Counted from the first letter of the stretch, positions 9,496-19,812 are shown. The stretch: DNA of 64,000 bases from Terriglobales bacterium (GCA_036378535.1 DASUWH010000046.1:164520-228519), one strand, 5' to 3'. The notes: generated by a model from the sequence alone, not told the origin. A program made the numbers and translations.

Positions 9496-9610
9496 ATGGC
9501 GCGTTCTTATCGAGAGTTGCTGGTTTGGCAGAACTGTTGATCCGCTGGATCGAATCCTTGCGGCAGCCGAGGCGGGCAGAAGCTTTATAGGCGCAACGGC
9601 AGAGCGTTGA
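9496..9610 (+). pseudogene. decayed fragment of a four-helix-bundle (23S rRNA intervening-sequence type) protein gene
   Basis: ATG 9496 encodes MARSYRELLVWQ then a stop. The next frame continues ..TVDPLDRILAAAEAGRSF... The (S)YR(D/E)L.VWQ opening is characteristic of this small-protein family. Only about 40 of about 120 codons remain. Confidence 0.3.
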
Positions 9611-9638
9611 AACCGCGAAACTGTGGATCCTTGAAACT

Positions 9639-10481
9639 TTACTTTGGCGGCGGCTGCTGTCCCTGCTGTTGCTGACCCTGCTCACCAGATCCCTTTGGAA
9701 TTTCTTGTCCCTGGTAGGTGATTCTCGACTTCGATCCGAACTGCTTGTAGTTCCCGTATTTCACGGTCTCGCGGATTTTCACGTCGCCGGTTGAAAAATG
9801 CAGCGTGTCTTCTGCGCGGGTGTAGGTGGGAAACCAGTACTTGTTATCGATCTGCTCGCGCCAGGTGGTGAATGAGGGGAACAGATTCTCCTGGCCTTTC
9901 TTCTTGCGGATGTCGGGGACGTTTTTGCCGTAGCTCTTCACAATCTGGAAATCGTGGTCGTCGACCCAGATGCGGCCCTGGAAATAGCGTTTCTTCCCTT
10001 CAATCTTTTTCGGCGCGATGTCGAAAACGTAGCAGTGCAGCTCATCCTCCTGCTGCTGGCCGACGTAGAGAATGTTGTACTCGGGGATTTCGTCGCTGGT
10101 GAGAACGAACGGCAGGCGGTTCTCAATGTCATCGACGTCTTCTTCCGTCATCATGATACGTTCCAGCGTCGGCTGTGGGGCGAACACGACATTCTTGATC
10201 TTGCGTCCCTTGTCGTCGAAGGTCACGTCAAAGACCTGGTGATACTCGCCATCCACAGTGTCGCCGTCCAGAGTTTGCACCTTCACATCCTGGCGATAGG
10301 TGTAGTTGTCGCGCGCTGCTTTGAACTGCTTTTCCTTGGCGGCAAAGCGCTGGATGATGTCCTCGGGTGAAATGTCTTTGGGTGGGGCTTTGTCCAGTTC
10401 ACCCTCCTGGGCGCGGGAGAGCGAGGGCACAACAAGGCAGACAGCTAAAATAGCCAGCCACAAACGAAAACCGGATTTCAT
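9639..10481 (-). CDS. secreted hypothetical protein, possibly LolA-like (outer-membrane lipoprotein-sorting fold), Q/P-rich tail
   Basis: Signal peptide MKSGFRLWLAILAVCLVVPSLSRAQ. Beta-rich body. C-terminal GEQGQQQQGQQPPPK. The fold assignment is a weak impression only. Confidence 0.45.
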   Translation of the reverse strand: MKSGFRLWLAILAVCLVVPSLSRAQEGELDKAPPKDISPEDIIQRFAAKEKQFKAARDNYTYRQDVKVQTLDGDTVDGEYHQVFDVTFDDKGRKIKNVVFAPQPTLERIMMTEEDVDDIENRLPFVLTSDEIPEYNILYVGQQQEDELHCYVFDIAPKKIEGKKRYFQGRIWVDDHDFQIVKSYGKNVPDIRKKKGQENLFPSFTTWREQIDNKYWFPTYTRAEDTLHFSTGDVKIRETVKYGNYKQFGSKSRITYQGQEIPKGSGEQGQQQQGQQPPPK

Positions 10482-10566
10482 AGGGATTACAGTCTACTCC
10501 ACTAAGTTAGATGCAGCGCTCTTGTCCATAGCTGCTCCCTCGTGGGGTAGCTGCTTTGGCCCTGCG

Positions 10567-12018
10567 CTAAATGCGTTTGTCTTTCACCACCGCCGTGATC
10601 TCTCCCCGGGCCACGCGCGCTGAGATGTCATCGCCCGCCTCGACGGCATCCGCATCTTTGATCAGCTTTCCCGAAGCATCGAATACCAGGGCGTAGCCCC
10701 GCTCCAGAATCGCTACTGGCGACAATGCCTCCAGGCTGCCGGCGAGCCGCTCCAACCGAGATCGCCTCTGTAGGAGCACAGCGCGAAAAGCGGCGCCCAA
10801 AGCCGCAGTCCGGCTCTCCAGTTGTTCATGCATCGCCGATAATCGCTGCCGGACATCGTAATGGCGGACGGCCGCTGCTGCGGTCTCCCAGCGCCGTCGA
10901 TTCTGTTCCAAAATGCGTCGCTGAGCGGTTTCGAGGCGATAGGCAAGCTCATCCACGCGCTGCTGCCTGCGTCCTAACGAGTCCATCATGCGGGCAAATG
11001 CGCCGTGTTGCGCGAGTTGCGTAAGCGATTGCCGGGCCATCAGTAAGTGATATCTCATCGCCCTTCCCAGCCGTTCGCGGAGAGATTCCGAATTCTGTTC
11101 AATCTCCTGCCGTGAGCGGATTACCAACTCGGCGGCAGCGGATGGGGTGGGCGCCCGCAAATCCGCAACGAAATCAATAATGGTGAAGTCCGTTTCGTGT
11201 CCCACCGCCGAGATCACCGGAATGTGCGAGTTGGCGACGACGCGTGCCAGGCCTTCCTGATTGAACGCGGCCAAATCTTCCACCGAGCCGCCGCCGCGCG
11301 CCACAATGATGACTTCTACCGTGCGCGCCTTGTTGAACCAACGGATGCCGGCCGACACTTCGGTCGCTGCCGCTTCCCCTTGTACTTGTGCCGGGTAGAT
11401 CAGCACACTCGCGGTGTGATGCCGCCGCCGCAGGATGTTGAGGATATCCCGCAATGCCGCTGCTTGCGGTGAGGTCACAATGCCGATTCTCTGCGGTAAT
11501 GCGGGAAGCGCTTTCTTGCGAGCTGTATCAAATAATCCTTCGGCTTCCAGCTTCGCCTTGAGTTGTTCAAAAGCTATCTGCAGGGCGCCCGTGCCTTTAG
11601 GCTCCAGGTATTCAGCCGAGATCTGTAGTTCGCCCCGTTCTTCGTACACGGTCACGCGCCCGCGCGCGATCACCTGCATGCCGTTTTCCGGTTTGAAGCG
11701 TAGAAGCCGCGCCGAGGAGCGGAACATAACTACGCGGATCTGTGCGTGTTCGTCTTTCAGCGTGAAATACAGATGGCCGGAAGGATGGGCTCGGAGATTG
11801 GAAACCTCGCCCTCGAGCCACACGTCGGTGTACTCGCGCTCCAGTTGTGTGCGCACCGCGGCGATCAGATCGCGCACCGTCCACATGCGTCGGTCTGGAG
11901 GGCGGAAGTTGAATCCCATCTGGTCGAGCGAAGCCATGGCAGTGAGTTTACAAGATGCCGCCATTGTGAGGCTCGTGAGCCCTGACTGACTTCGCAAGAG
12001 GTCGAGCTTTCGATCCAA
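10567..12018 (-). CDS. xseA: exodeoxyribonuclease VII large subunit
   Basis: OB-fold block VWLEGEVSNLRAHPSGHLYFTLKDE. Catalytic core IGIVTSPQAAALRDILNIL, ARGGGSVEDLAAFN, ISAVGHETDFTI. Long C-terminal coiled coil. The true start may be an internal Met (for example 11937). Confidence 0.85.
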   Translation of the reverse strand: MDRKLDLLRSQSGLTSLTMAASCKLTAMASLDQMGFNFRPPDRRMWTVRDLIAAVRTQLEREYTDVWLEGEVSNLRAHPSGHLYFTLKDEHAQIRVVMFRSSARLLRFKPENGMQVIARGRVTVYEERGELQISAEYLEPKGTGALQIAFEQLKAKLEAEGLFDTARKKALPALPQRIGIVTSPQAAALRDILNILRRRHHTASVLIYPAQVQGEAAATEVSAGIRWFNKARTVEVIIVARGGGSVEDLAAFNQEGLARVVANSHIPVISAVGHETDFTIIDFVADLRAPTPSAAAELVIRSRQEIEQNSESLRERLGRAMRYHLLMARQSLTQLAQHGAFARMMDSLGRRQQRVDELAYRLETAQRRILEQNRRRWETAAAAVRHYDVRQRLSAMHEQLESRTAALGAAFRAVLLQRRSRLERLAGSLEALSPVAILERGYALVFDASGKLIKDADAVEAGDDISARVARGEITAVVKDKRI

Positions 12019-12121
12019 TTACTTTTTGGAGGTATGCGCGTACAATTCAGCGCTTAACACGCCAGGAAAATCCTGTTCGCCGATGCGCTCGTATTCAGGT
12101 GCAACATCCCGAGGCATCGCT

Positions 12122-13470
12122 TTAGCGTCCGGATTTGTCGCCCCATGCGACTACCCAAAAACGGAGAGCACTGTTGTTGGCCGAGTGCAGCTTCTGCAGC
12201 AACCGAGGAGCGGTCAAATATGAGAACTGCGGCGGCTTACCAGAATTCATAGCCGCGCTGTAGTACTGGACTGGCCATTCCGCTCCCGGCGGGCACCCCA
12301 CAATAATGTCACCCGGTTCTGCATACTTGAGGACGTAAGCCGCCAGCGAGCGCCAGTCGTCGTTCGGATGCCCGTAGTACCAGATCACGCAACCGGCGCT
12401 TAACCCAATCATTACCAGGACTAAACCTGATCGCGCCCATGAAGGAAATCCGGCCAATCCTGATCCCGCCAGAAGCACCACCGGAGGAAGACAAATGAGC
12501 AGATAACGCGGAAAGAAAATAGGAACCCAGAACGAAATCAGGAACGTGAGGACGATCGGCAAAACCGCACAAAAAATAATGAGTATCTGTCCGGTGTTCT
12601 GGGGCGAGCTGTCTCGCGTTCGCAATCGCAAAATTAGTCGCCGGACGCCCGCACCACAACAAAACAGATAAAGCAGGGCAATTGGTTTGCGGAACCTGCC
12701 TCCATCAGCGGTTAGGAAATAAAGCAGCTGGGCGAGGTCGTGAAGATGAGGGCGTGTGATGTAGGCCAGTTGTCCAGTGCGACGGAAAGCCATGTAGTAC
12801 AAGGCGGGAGAGATCAAACATGTGGTTAAAAAGATCGCAGCCAGATATTTTCTCCAAGGCAGCTCCCGGATTCCCGAGGCCGGCTGAGAAAGCACAGATA
12901 GCCACTGGGCGAGCAGAAAGAATATTGCGAAAAAATGGGCATATACAGCCAATGCCGATACGAGTGCATAGATGAGGATGGCGCTTGTGCTCCCGGTCCG
13001 AATGCGAAAAAAGCAGAGCAGCGACACCAGGCACAGCAGCAGAAGCAGGCTGTAGGATCGCGCTTCCTGTGAGTAAGCGATCGCGGTCACATTAATCGCG
13101 AAAAGGAGTGCAGACGCGATCCCGGCTCTCTGGCTTTCGATCCGAGTTCCTACTACATATAGCAACGGGATGCACGCCACTCCCGATATCCCGACAGTAG
13201 CCGCAACCAAGGCTCACTGTCTCCGAAATAAATCCACGGCCGCACCAGCACGTAGTAGAACGCCATGTTCGCTTCGAATTGCCACAATAAGCTTCGAAAA
13301 GCGGGAAATGGCAGATGGCATATTCGGATGGTCGCGATTTCATCAAACCAATAACTTTTATGCCCGAGGTAAAGAAGACGCAGGCAGGTCCCCAGCAGAG
13401 TAATACCGGCTAGCGCGAGGGTCTGGGGGTTACCGAGTTTTCGCATTATCGATGCGGGCAGTTTCAACAT
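12122..13470 (-). pseudogene. GT39/PMT_2-type (ArnT-like) membrane glycosyltransferase interrupted by a frameshift
   Basis: ORF 13153-13470 (..SYWFDEIATI..FGDSEPWLRLLS) and ORF 12122-13210 (..GISGVACIPLLYVVG..AYSQEARSYSLLLL..) are consecutive parts of one family member in different frames. The frames switch near 13190-13205. Confidence 0.6.
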
Positions 13471-13616
13471 TGGTGCAGGTTGCAGGCCTTCCTAAGTAGC
13501 GCGGACGAAACCGTATGATCCGACTGGCCAGACCCAACTATTTCTCAACTTGAATTACTCAACCTGTGCTCTGGGTAACGCCAGGACAGGTTGGGATGAG
13601 GCCGGAGAAGCAGCAT

Positions 13617-14060
13617 TCAATGCACCACCGGGGTCGCATTAGTCGCTACGCATACCCATTTTCCATTCTTATAAACCCAAGTATCCACGAAGCGCTCGCG
13701 CCGGACATACCGTTTGCCATGGTCCACTCCCTTGGCCTGGAACACTCCCGCAGCCACCGCAACCGTGTTGCCATGCATATGCACAGTCATCGACTCGGGT
13801 GAGACTTGCTGATCCTGCGAAGTCGAAGCAGCCTTTAAGCTGTGCAGAAATTCGGCCTTGGTCTGTATCGAGCCATCATCATTGATCAGTACGACGGAGT
13901 CATCCAGCAGCGAGTCCAGCGATTTCGAATCGCCGAGTTTGTAGGCCTGATTCCACGCTTTCTCCAGCGCGACAATCTTGGATTCAGATTCACCATAGTC
14001 CTGCGCCCCCAGACGCGGGGCGGCACATACCAACAGCAGAAGATAAGTAGCTAATTTCAT
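13617..14060 (-). CDS. secreted SnoaL-like / DUF4440 (NTF2-fold) protein
   Basis: Signal peptide MKLATYLLLLVCAAPRLGAQ. ALEKAWNQAYKLGDSKSLDSLLDDSVVLINDDGSIQTKAEFL pattern typical of DUF4440. GGAG 13 nt upstream of ATG 14060. Confidence 0.6.
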   Translation of the reverse strand: MKLATYLLLLVCAAPRLGAQDYGESESKIVALEKAWNQAYKLGDSKSLDSLLDDSVVLINDDGSIQTKAEFLHSLKAASTSQDQQVSPESMTVHMHGNTVAVAAGVFQAKGVDHGKRYVRRERFVDTWVYKNGKWVCVATNATPVVH

Positions 14061-14156
14061 TCCGTGGTTTCTCCGGCTATTCACTACTTAATCGTTAACA
14101 CAACTCATCCGATGGTGTAAGTACAAGCGAGGGTCCTGCTCTCTCTTAGGATTCAG

Positions 14157-15086
14157 CTAAGGCTCGCAGTTGTAATAGCCCTGGCGTGCGTGAACGCGCA
14201 CTCTGGGATCATGCGCTCGGATGAGCAGTGTGTGATAGCCGCACTGGTCGGGTGAGAGGGGGTGGAAGGCTACGGAGTACTCGGTTCGTAGTTCGTCCTG
14301 GATTTGGGCAAACACAGCGTCGAGACGTTTGAGATTCGGTAATACGAACGCTCGTCCGCCGGTTGCCTGCGCGAAGAGCGCGAGCACGGCATCTCCTGCG
14401 TGGTAACCTCGCGATGCCTGCACGGTGATCGCATAAATAGCTATGTCTTTGCGTTGCACCGCCGCAACTGCATCCTCCAGACTATGACGGCTGTAATTAT
14501 CTTCACCATCGCTGAGAAGAATGATGACCCGGCGCACTGGTTGCGGCTCCGTAGTCGTCATGACCGCATCATTGGCGGCGCCGTCAATGGCATCATAGAG
14601 TGCGGTTTGACCGCCCGAAGCGAGCGCGCTTACTTCGGCTGTGAGCATTTGCCGGTCGCCACCGGAGGGTCGGCGGAAGTTCAACTGATGCGTAAAATCG
14701 AGCAGAAAAATTGAATCGATGCCCGGCCGCAAAACAGAGTTGAGGAAGCCCTGGGCGGCTTGTTGTTCGGCTCTGAACTCCTTGCGCACCGAATCGCTGC
14801 GATCAATCAGGAGGCCAATGCGCAGCGGCAGATTCGAATCTTCCCCGAACGCGGTAAACGACGACACTTTCCGTTCGTTGTCGTAGACGGCGAACCCATC
14901 TGCCGGAAAGTTCTTCAACGGCCCCATGTCGTCTTCAGCCGAGAAGCTGACGTGTACCTCTTCTACCCGCCTCTGAATCGTTACCGCAGGCGCGTTGACG
15001 TTCGGATCGGGACTTGGCGCTGAGGTGCTCAGGGATGGACCGAGAAGCGACCCAGCAACCAGAAGGGCGGACAGTTCTTGCAACAT
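14157..15086 (-). CDS. secreted von Willebrand factor A domain protein (VWFA-related acidobacterial type)
   Basis: Signal-like N-terminus. MIDAS-like LLIDRSDSV. GGQTALYDAI. ILLSDGEDNYS. Confidence 0.75.
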   Translation of the reverse strand: MLQELSALLVAGSLLGPSLSTSAPSPDPNVNAPAVTIQRRVEEVHVSFSAEDDMGPLKNFPADGFAVYDNERKVSSFTAFGEDSNLPLRIGLLIDRSDSVRKEFRAEQQAAQGFLNSVLRPGIDSIFLLDFTHQLNFRRPSGGDRQMLTAEVSALASGGQTALYDAIDGAANDAVMTTTEPQPVRRVIILLSDGEDNYSRHSLEDAVAAVQRKDIAIYAITVQASRGYHAGDAVLALFAQATGGRAFVLPNLKRLDAVFAQIQDELRTEYSVAFHPLSPDQCGYHTLLIRAHDPRVRVHARQGYYNCEP

Positions 15087-15289
15087 GCGGCGGTTTAGAG
15101 ACTCCGAAACGCGGTTGTGGTTGGACGGGGAGGGGCTAATTTCTTAATCGGCTGTCTGGCGCATTTTGTTCAGGAACACATAGGCCGGGGTGAGTTACGG
15201 AAGTTTGGTTAGCCGCGACTTTTTTCCGCTCTGTTCACTCATTTGGCCCTAAAACGCGCAACTCTGGCTGAGACCATTACAATAAGGGC

Positions 15290-15982
15290 GTGAAGCCGAG
15301 CATCTTCGTCGTTGAAGACGACACCGATATCGCTCGCCTGATTCGCCATCACCTGGAGGGAACAGGTTTTACCGCACGCCTGTTTTCGGGTGGCTCCGGC
15401 GTCCTGTCCGAGGCTGAAAATCAGAAGCCTGCATTGTTCCTTCTCGACATCATGGTTCCAGGCGTCGATGGCCTGGACTTATGCCGCCGCATTCGCCAGA
15501 ACCCCGCGCTTGCAGCCACCCCCGTTATTTTTCTTACCGCCAAGAGCGGAGAGGCGGATCGGGTACTCGGTCTGGAGTTAGGCGCCGACGACTACATTGT
15601 CAAGCCATTCAGCCCGCGCGAACTGGTGGCCCGGGTTAAAGCCGTCTTGCGCCGCTTCGAGCGCCCGCTGTCCCCAACGCCGGTGCACGTCGGCGAAATC
15701 GAAATCGATCCCGCATCCATGACGCTGAATGTTGGCGGAAAAGTCGTCACCACCACAGCCACCGAATTCCGCCTGCTGGAATATTTCGCCCGCCATTCCG
15801 GCCGCGTTTTCACGCGCGATCAATTGCTCGATTCGGTGTGGCGCGATACCGCTTTCGTGACGCCCAGGTCGGTGGACGTCTATGTCCGCCGCATTCGCGA
15901 GAAGATTGAGCCTGATCCAGAGAATCCCCGGTACCTGAAGACAGTGCGCGGCGCCGGTTACCGCTTCGAGGCTCCGAAGTGA
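15290..15982 (+). CDS. phoB: OmpR/PhoB-family response regulator
   Basis: Receiver domain (IFVVEDD, LFLLDIMVPGVDG, KPFSPREL) and winged-helix output (EFRLLEYFARH, VRGAGYRFE). GTG start. Overlaps the following PhoR-like kinase (GTGA). Confidence 0.8.
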   Translation: MKPSIFVVEDDTDIARLIRHHLEGTGFTARLFSGGSGVLSEAENQKPALFLLDIMVPGVDGLDLCRRIRQNPALAATPVIFLTAKSGEADRVLGLELGADDYIVKPFSPRELVARVKAVLRRFERPLSPTPVHVGEIEIDPASMTLNVGGKVVTTTATEFRLLEYFARHSGRVFTRDQLLDSVWRDTAFVTPRSVDVYVRRIREKIEPDPENPRYLKTVRGAGYRFEAPK

Positions 15983-17709
15983 AAAGCAGAATTTTCTTTA
16001 AGCTGCTGGTCGCGTTCGCACTGGTGATCGCGGTGGCCACTCTTACGGTGGATCTGTCCGTGCGCCGTGCCTGGGAAGATTCCCTCAGCCGCGAGATTGA
16101 CCGGAATCTTACCCAGAAGACTCTGCTCTTCGCTCACCGGGTGGAGACCGACCGTCAGAATTCCCTGCAAAACATTGCGGCGCAGGAAGGCCAGGCGGCC
16201 GGGGCGCGGGCCACCATCATCGACCATACGGGCAAGGTTTTGGCGGATTCGGAAGCCGATCCGGCCACCATGGAGAACCACGCCCATCGCAAGGAATTTG
16301 TCGCTGCTCTGCAGGGGAACATCGGCAGTGAAACCCGCCGCAGTCGCACCCTTGGTATTCCGTTCCTTTATGTCGCGGCTCCGATTGCCGGAGGCGCGGT
16401 ACGGCTCGCCTATCCCTTATCCGATGTTGAGGCTGCGACCCGCAATGTGAATCGCACGCTTTTCCTCGGCTCCGCGCTGGCGTTTGGCGTAGCTTTGATT
16501 CTGGCCGGCTTGGCCGCGCAATCCACCGCCAGCCGACTGCAGAAAATTGTGGGTTTTGCGGACCGGGTTGCTGACGGCGACCTGACGGCCCGCGTCGACG
16601 TCTCCGGCTTCGACGAAATCGGCCTGGTCGCGCGTGCTCTCGACCGCACCATCCATCGCATGGAGGAAAACTTCGTGGCCCTTCAGAACAGCCAGCGCCA
16701 GCTCGAAACCCTCCTGAACAGCATGCAGGATGCGGTTATCGCGGTGGACAAAAACGGCCAGGTGCAGTGGGCCAATCGCGGCATGGATCGTCTGGTCGCG
16801 CGCACTCGCATGGGTGCGCCACTGATCGAAACCGTGCGCGACCCGGATGTCGTCCGTGCTATCACTACCGCCGGAGAACAAAGAAACGTGCAAACCGCCC
16901 GCGCCGGCTCGGTTGTTCCCGGGCGCAATTTTGACGTAACTGCTGCGCCCATGCCCGGCGGTGGCGTCGTTGCCGTCCTGCGTGACCTCACTGAGACCGA
17001 GCGCGTCGAAAAGACACGCCGCGACTTCATCGCCAATGTTTCCCACGAACTTCGTACCCCGCTCACCTCGATTCAGGGTTATGCCGAAACTCTGCTCGAC
17101 AGCACTCCGAACGCCGATCACATTCACGAATTTCTGGAAATCATTCGCAAAAATGCGGCCCGAATGTCGCGCCTCACGGAAGACCTGTTAACCCTGGCGC
17201 GGGTGGAATCCGGCGAGCAGCGCTTCGATGTTCAACCCTCCACTCCTGGGGACCTGCTGAACGAGATCGTCGAAAGCTTTGGCAAGATTGCGCAGACACA
17301 GGGGGTGGAGTTGGTGGTCGAGAACCATGCGGATATAGCTGTTAGTGCTGATCGCGAAGCCATTCACCAGGTTTTCGCTAATCTGGTGGACAATGCCCTG
17401 AAATACGCCGTTTCCGGACGCCGCATTGTGTTGGGCGCACGGACCAGAGACCGTGTGGTTGAGTTTTATGTCCGAGACTTCGGACCGGGGATTGCCTCGG
17501 AACATCTTCCGCGGCTTTTCGAGCGTTTTTATCGGGTGGATAAAGCCCGCTCCCGCGAATCCGGCGGAACTGGTCTGGGTTTGGCGATCGCTAAGCACAT
17601 CATCCTTGCCCACGGGGGCATCATCCGTGCCGAAAGCGAGCTGAACCACGGTTCGGTTTTCATCTTCACCATTCCCACTGCAACTGCCGCCCGGGCATCA
17701 CATTCTTAG
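15979..17709 (+). CDS. phoR: PhoR-type sensor histidine kinase (TM, periplasmic domain, HAMP, PAS, HisKA, HATPase)
   Basis: FIANVSHELRTPLTSIQGYAETL H-box. PAS segment LETLLNSMQDAVIAVDKNGQVQWAN. RFYRVDKARSRESGGTGLGLAIAKH G-box typical of PhoR. Confidence 0.8.
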   Translation: MKSRIFFKLLVAFALVIAVATLTVDLSVRRAWEDSLSREIDRNLTQKTLLFAHRVETDRQNSLQNIAAQEGQAAGARATIIDHTGKVLADSEADPATMENHAHRKEFVAALQGNIGSETRRSRTLGIPFLYVAAPIAGGAVRLAYPLSDVEAATRNVNRTLFLGSALAFGVALILAGLAAQSTASRLQKIVGFADRVADGDLTARVDVSGFDEIGLVARALDRTIHRMEENFVALQNSQRQLETLLNSMQDAVIAVDKNGQVQWANRGMDRLVARTRMGAPLIETVRDPDVVRAITTAGEQRNVQTARAGSVVPGRNFDVTAAPMPGGGVVAVLRDLTETERVEKTRRDFIANVSHELRTPLTSIQGYAETLLDSTPNADHIHEFLEIIRKNAARMSRLTEDLLTLARVESGEQRFDVQPSTPGDLLNEIVESFGKIAQTQGVELVVENHADIAVSADREAIHQVFANLVDNALKYAVSGRRIVLGARTRDRVVEFYVRDFGPGIASEHLPRLFERFYRVDKARSRESGGTGLGLAIAKHIILAHGGIIRAESELNHGSVFIFTIPTATAARASHS

Positions 17710-17863
17710 TTGTCGGGCCTTGGCATCTTTTGTGGTGAATCGTCATCAAAATTCACAAACTTTTAACCCACGAGCGAGAAAAGGAAACTATTCTGCTCGG
17801 GATGGAATCAGTCTGTATATAAGCGTACGTGGCCAGTTCCCGCGGGCGCCCCGGAGACGCATA

Positions 17864-18592
17864 ATGAGTACGGCGATGGCGAGCAGTATTCTTCCTGATT
17901 CCCCCCACTCACAACTGGTAACCCGCACCCTTCACGCTTGCCATGTAGCCAAATCGGCAGCCGGCGCTGCCGCCGAAGGCATCGCCACCGGTTCCAAAGC
18001 CTCCTTGAACTCGATACGCCTGCTGGAGAAAGAGCTCGACGAGATCGACATGGAAGTCGACGATGGTGTGACTTCCGCCATCACCCAAGTCACTGAATCT
18101 GCCGCCCGCGAGCTGCTGGCCTGCATGAAAATCATGATAGGCCTGGAGCGCATCGGTGACCTGCTGCTCAGCTTTGCGAACAGCGGTACCGCCGTCGGCT
18201 CGCGCATCGAGCCGCAGGATGTTCGCGATCTGACGCAAATGGCTAGCATCCTGGAAAAAATGCTAGCCGACCTGGCCAATGGCTTCTCCCAGCGCGATGT
18301 CAAGAGAGCCATTGATGTTCTGCGTGCCGACGCCGAAATGGACCGTTTGCGGAACCTGATTTTTCTCCGCCACATCGAGAATCCAGAAAATGTTCCCCGC
18401 CAGGAAAGCCTGCAAGTGATCTTCATGACGCAATCGCTCGAACGTGCCGGCGATCACGCCAAGAACGTCGCTGAAGAAGTCTGCCACTTTGTCAGTGGCC
18501 ACCCGGTTCGCCACGTCCTGATGACCTACGACAAGCCGCTGGAACAGCTTTTCATTGATTGGCTCCGCAAGCGCGACGCCAAGCAGGTCTGA
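17864..18592 (+). CDS. phoU: PhoU-family regulator (two PhoU repeats)
   Basis: Two repeats with LERIGDLLLSFAN and LERAGDHAKNVAEEV motifs. Start moved to ATG 17864 (MSTAMASS) from the longer raw ORF. Confidence 0.7.
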   Translation: MSTAMASSILPDSPHSQLVTRTLHACHVAKSAAGAAAEGIATGSKASLNSIRLLEKELDEIDMEVDDGVTSAITQVTESAARELLACMKIMIGLERIGDLLLSFANSGTAVGSRIEPQDVRDLTQMASILEKMLADLANGFSQRDVKRAIDVLRADAEMDRLRNLIFLRHIENPENVPRQESLQVIFMTQSLERAGDHAKNVAEEVCHFVSGHPVRHVLMTYDKPLEQLFIDWLRKRDAKQV

Positions 18593-18764
18593 GAACCAGA
18601 GTGTGCTGCGGACACTTGCGAAATGGTGATCTGACTTCCTAGTGAAGCGGCGGCTTCTTCTGCAAATGTCGCGCCCAATGTGTGACTCCCACCCAGGCTG
18701 ATCGTGACCCGAATCACAGCGGGAGACGTTCCCAAGCCGCATCCTGTAACTGGAGCAAAGGCTG

Positions 18765-19811
18765 ATGTCGAACCGCATATGTGGGCGCGTCCTCCCGCAG
18801 TTTGCCCTAGTCTCCATTGCTGTCCCATTTACGGTGGCTGCGCAGGGCAGAGTCGACTCGGTCGCCGCGGTCTATCTTCTGCCCTTGCTCCTTGTGGCCT
18901 TCGCCATCATGTTCTCGGTCTGGCGGACGCAGACAGCGGATTACCGCAAGCTTCTTGTGGAACTGAAACAGGCGCGTGAGACAACACTGGAACGCGAACG
19001 CGAACGCGATATGGCTCAGGAGGAACTCTTTCGCCGGCTCTATGAACAGCGTGAATTGGACAAGGAGAAAACCCAGTTCCAGGCACAGTTGGCTGAATAT
19101 GAGAAATATGCCGCCCTCGCTCAGTTGGCACTAGGTGCCGCTCACGAGATCAATAACCCGCTGCTCGGTATCTTGTCACACCTGGAATTGGAACTGAAGC
19201 AGGCGGAAGGTGAAGAACGGCTGGAGATCGAGCAGTGCATTGATGGAGCCAAGCGCATTTCGACGACTCTACGCGGCCTGCTGAATTATGCGCGCCCGGG
19301 CCCGCTGGTTCTGAGCAGAATCAGTCTGCCACGCCTGGTAGTGGACACCCTGAGCTTCCTCGAGCATCAGCCTATGATGCGGGGCAAGAAGCTGGAAAAT
19401 AACGTGCCCGCGGACCTGCCCTTTATTCGCGCCGATACCAACCAGATTTCACAGGTTTTGATGAACCTCCTCCTCAATGCGGCCCAGGCAACTCCTGAGG
19501 GCGGAAAGATCAGCATCTCGGGGAATCCATTGACATTTGTTAATGCTATCGAATTGCGGGTTAGTGATACCGGGAGCGGAATTCCCTCCGACATCCTGCC
19601 CCACATCTTCGAGCCCTTCTTTACCACTAAAAGAGGGAAGGGAACCGGGCTCGGCCTAAGCATCAGCCAGGCTTATGTACGTAGTCACAACGGAGACATC
19701 CGCATTGACAGCGTGCCCGGCCACGGCACGAATGTGACCATCACCTTGCCGATTCGTGCCGAAGAGGAAGAGGCGAAAGAGATCAAGCCCGAGGAGGTAA
19801 TCATCCACTGA
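18765..19811 (+). CDS. membrane sensor histidine kinase with minimal sensor region
   Basis: Two N-terminal TM helices and a coiled coil. H-box LALGAAHEINNPL. N box [27 protein letters not shown]. Confidence 0.8.
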   Translation: MSNRICGRVLPQFALVSIAVPFTVAAQGRVDSVAAVYLLPLLLVAFAIMFSVWRTQTADYRKLLVELKQARETTLERERERDMAQEELFRRLYEQRELDKEKTQFQAQLAEYEKYAALAQLALGAAHEINNPLLGILSHLELELKQAEGEERLEIEQCIDGAKRISTTLRGLLNYARPGPLVLSRISLPRLVVDTLSFLEHQPMMRGKKLENNVPADLPFIRADTNQISQVLMNLLLNAAQATPEGGKISISGNPLTFVNAIELRVSDTGSGIPSDILPHIFEPFFTTKRGKGTGLGLSISQAYVRSHNGDIRIDSVPGHGTNVTITLPIRAEEEEAKEIKPEEVIIH

Positions 19812-19812
19812 G

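Noticed and set aside
9547-9557. GGATCGAATCC here, and GTTCGAATCC at 39403-39412, look like tRNA T-loop sequences.
   Set aside because: The flanking bases do not form a T-stem, acceptor stem or anticodon arm. The second site is inside a well-supported CDS. No tRNA gene is present in the window as far as I can see.
18990-19007. Tandem GAACGC x3 and other short tandem or low-complexity DNA, such as the N/S-rich linker at about 46140-46260 and the Q/P-rich tail at about 9645-9690. These were checked as possible CRISPR or microsatellite features.
   Set aside because: They are in-frame coding low-complexity segments (ERERER, NSNN.., QQQQG..). No repeat-spacer periodicity exists anywhere in the window.
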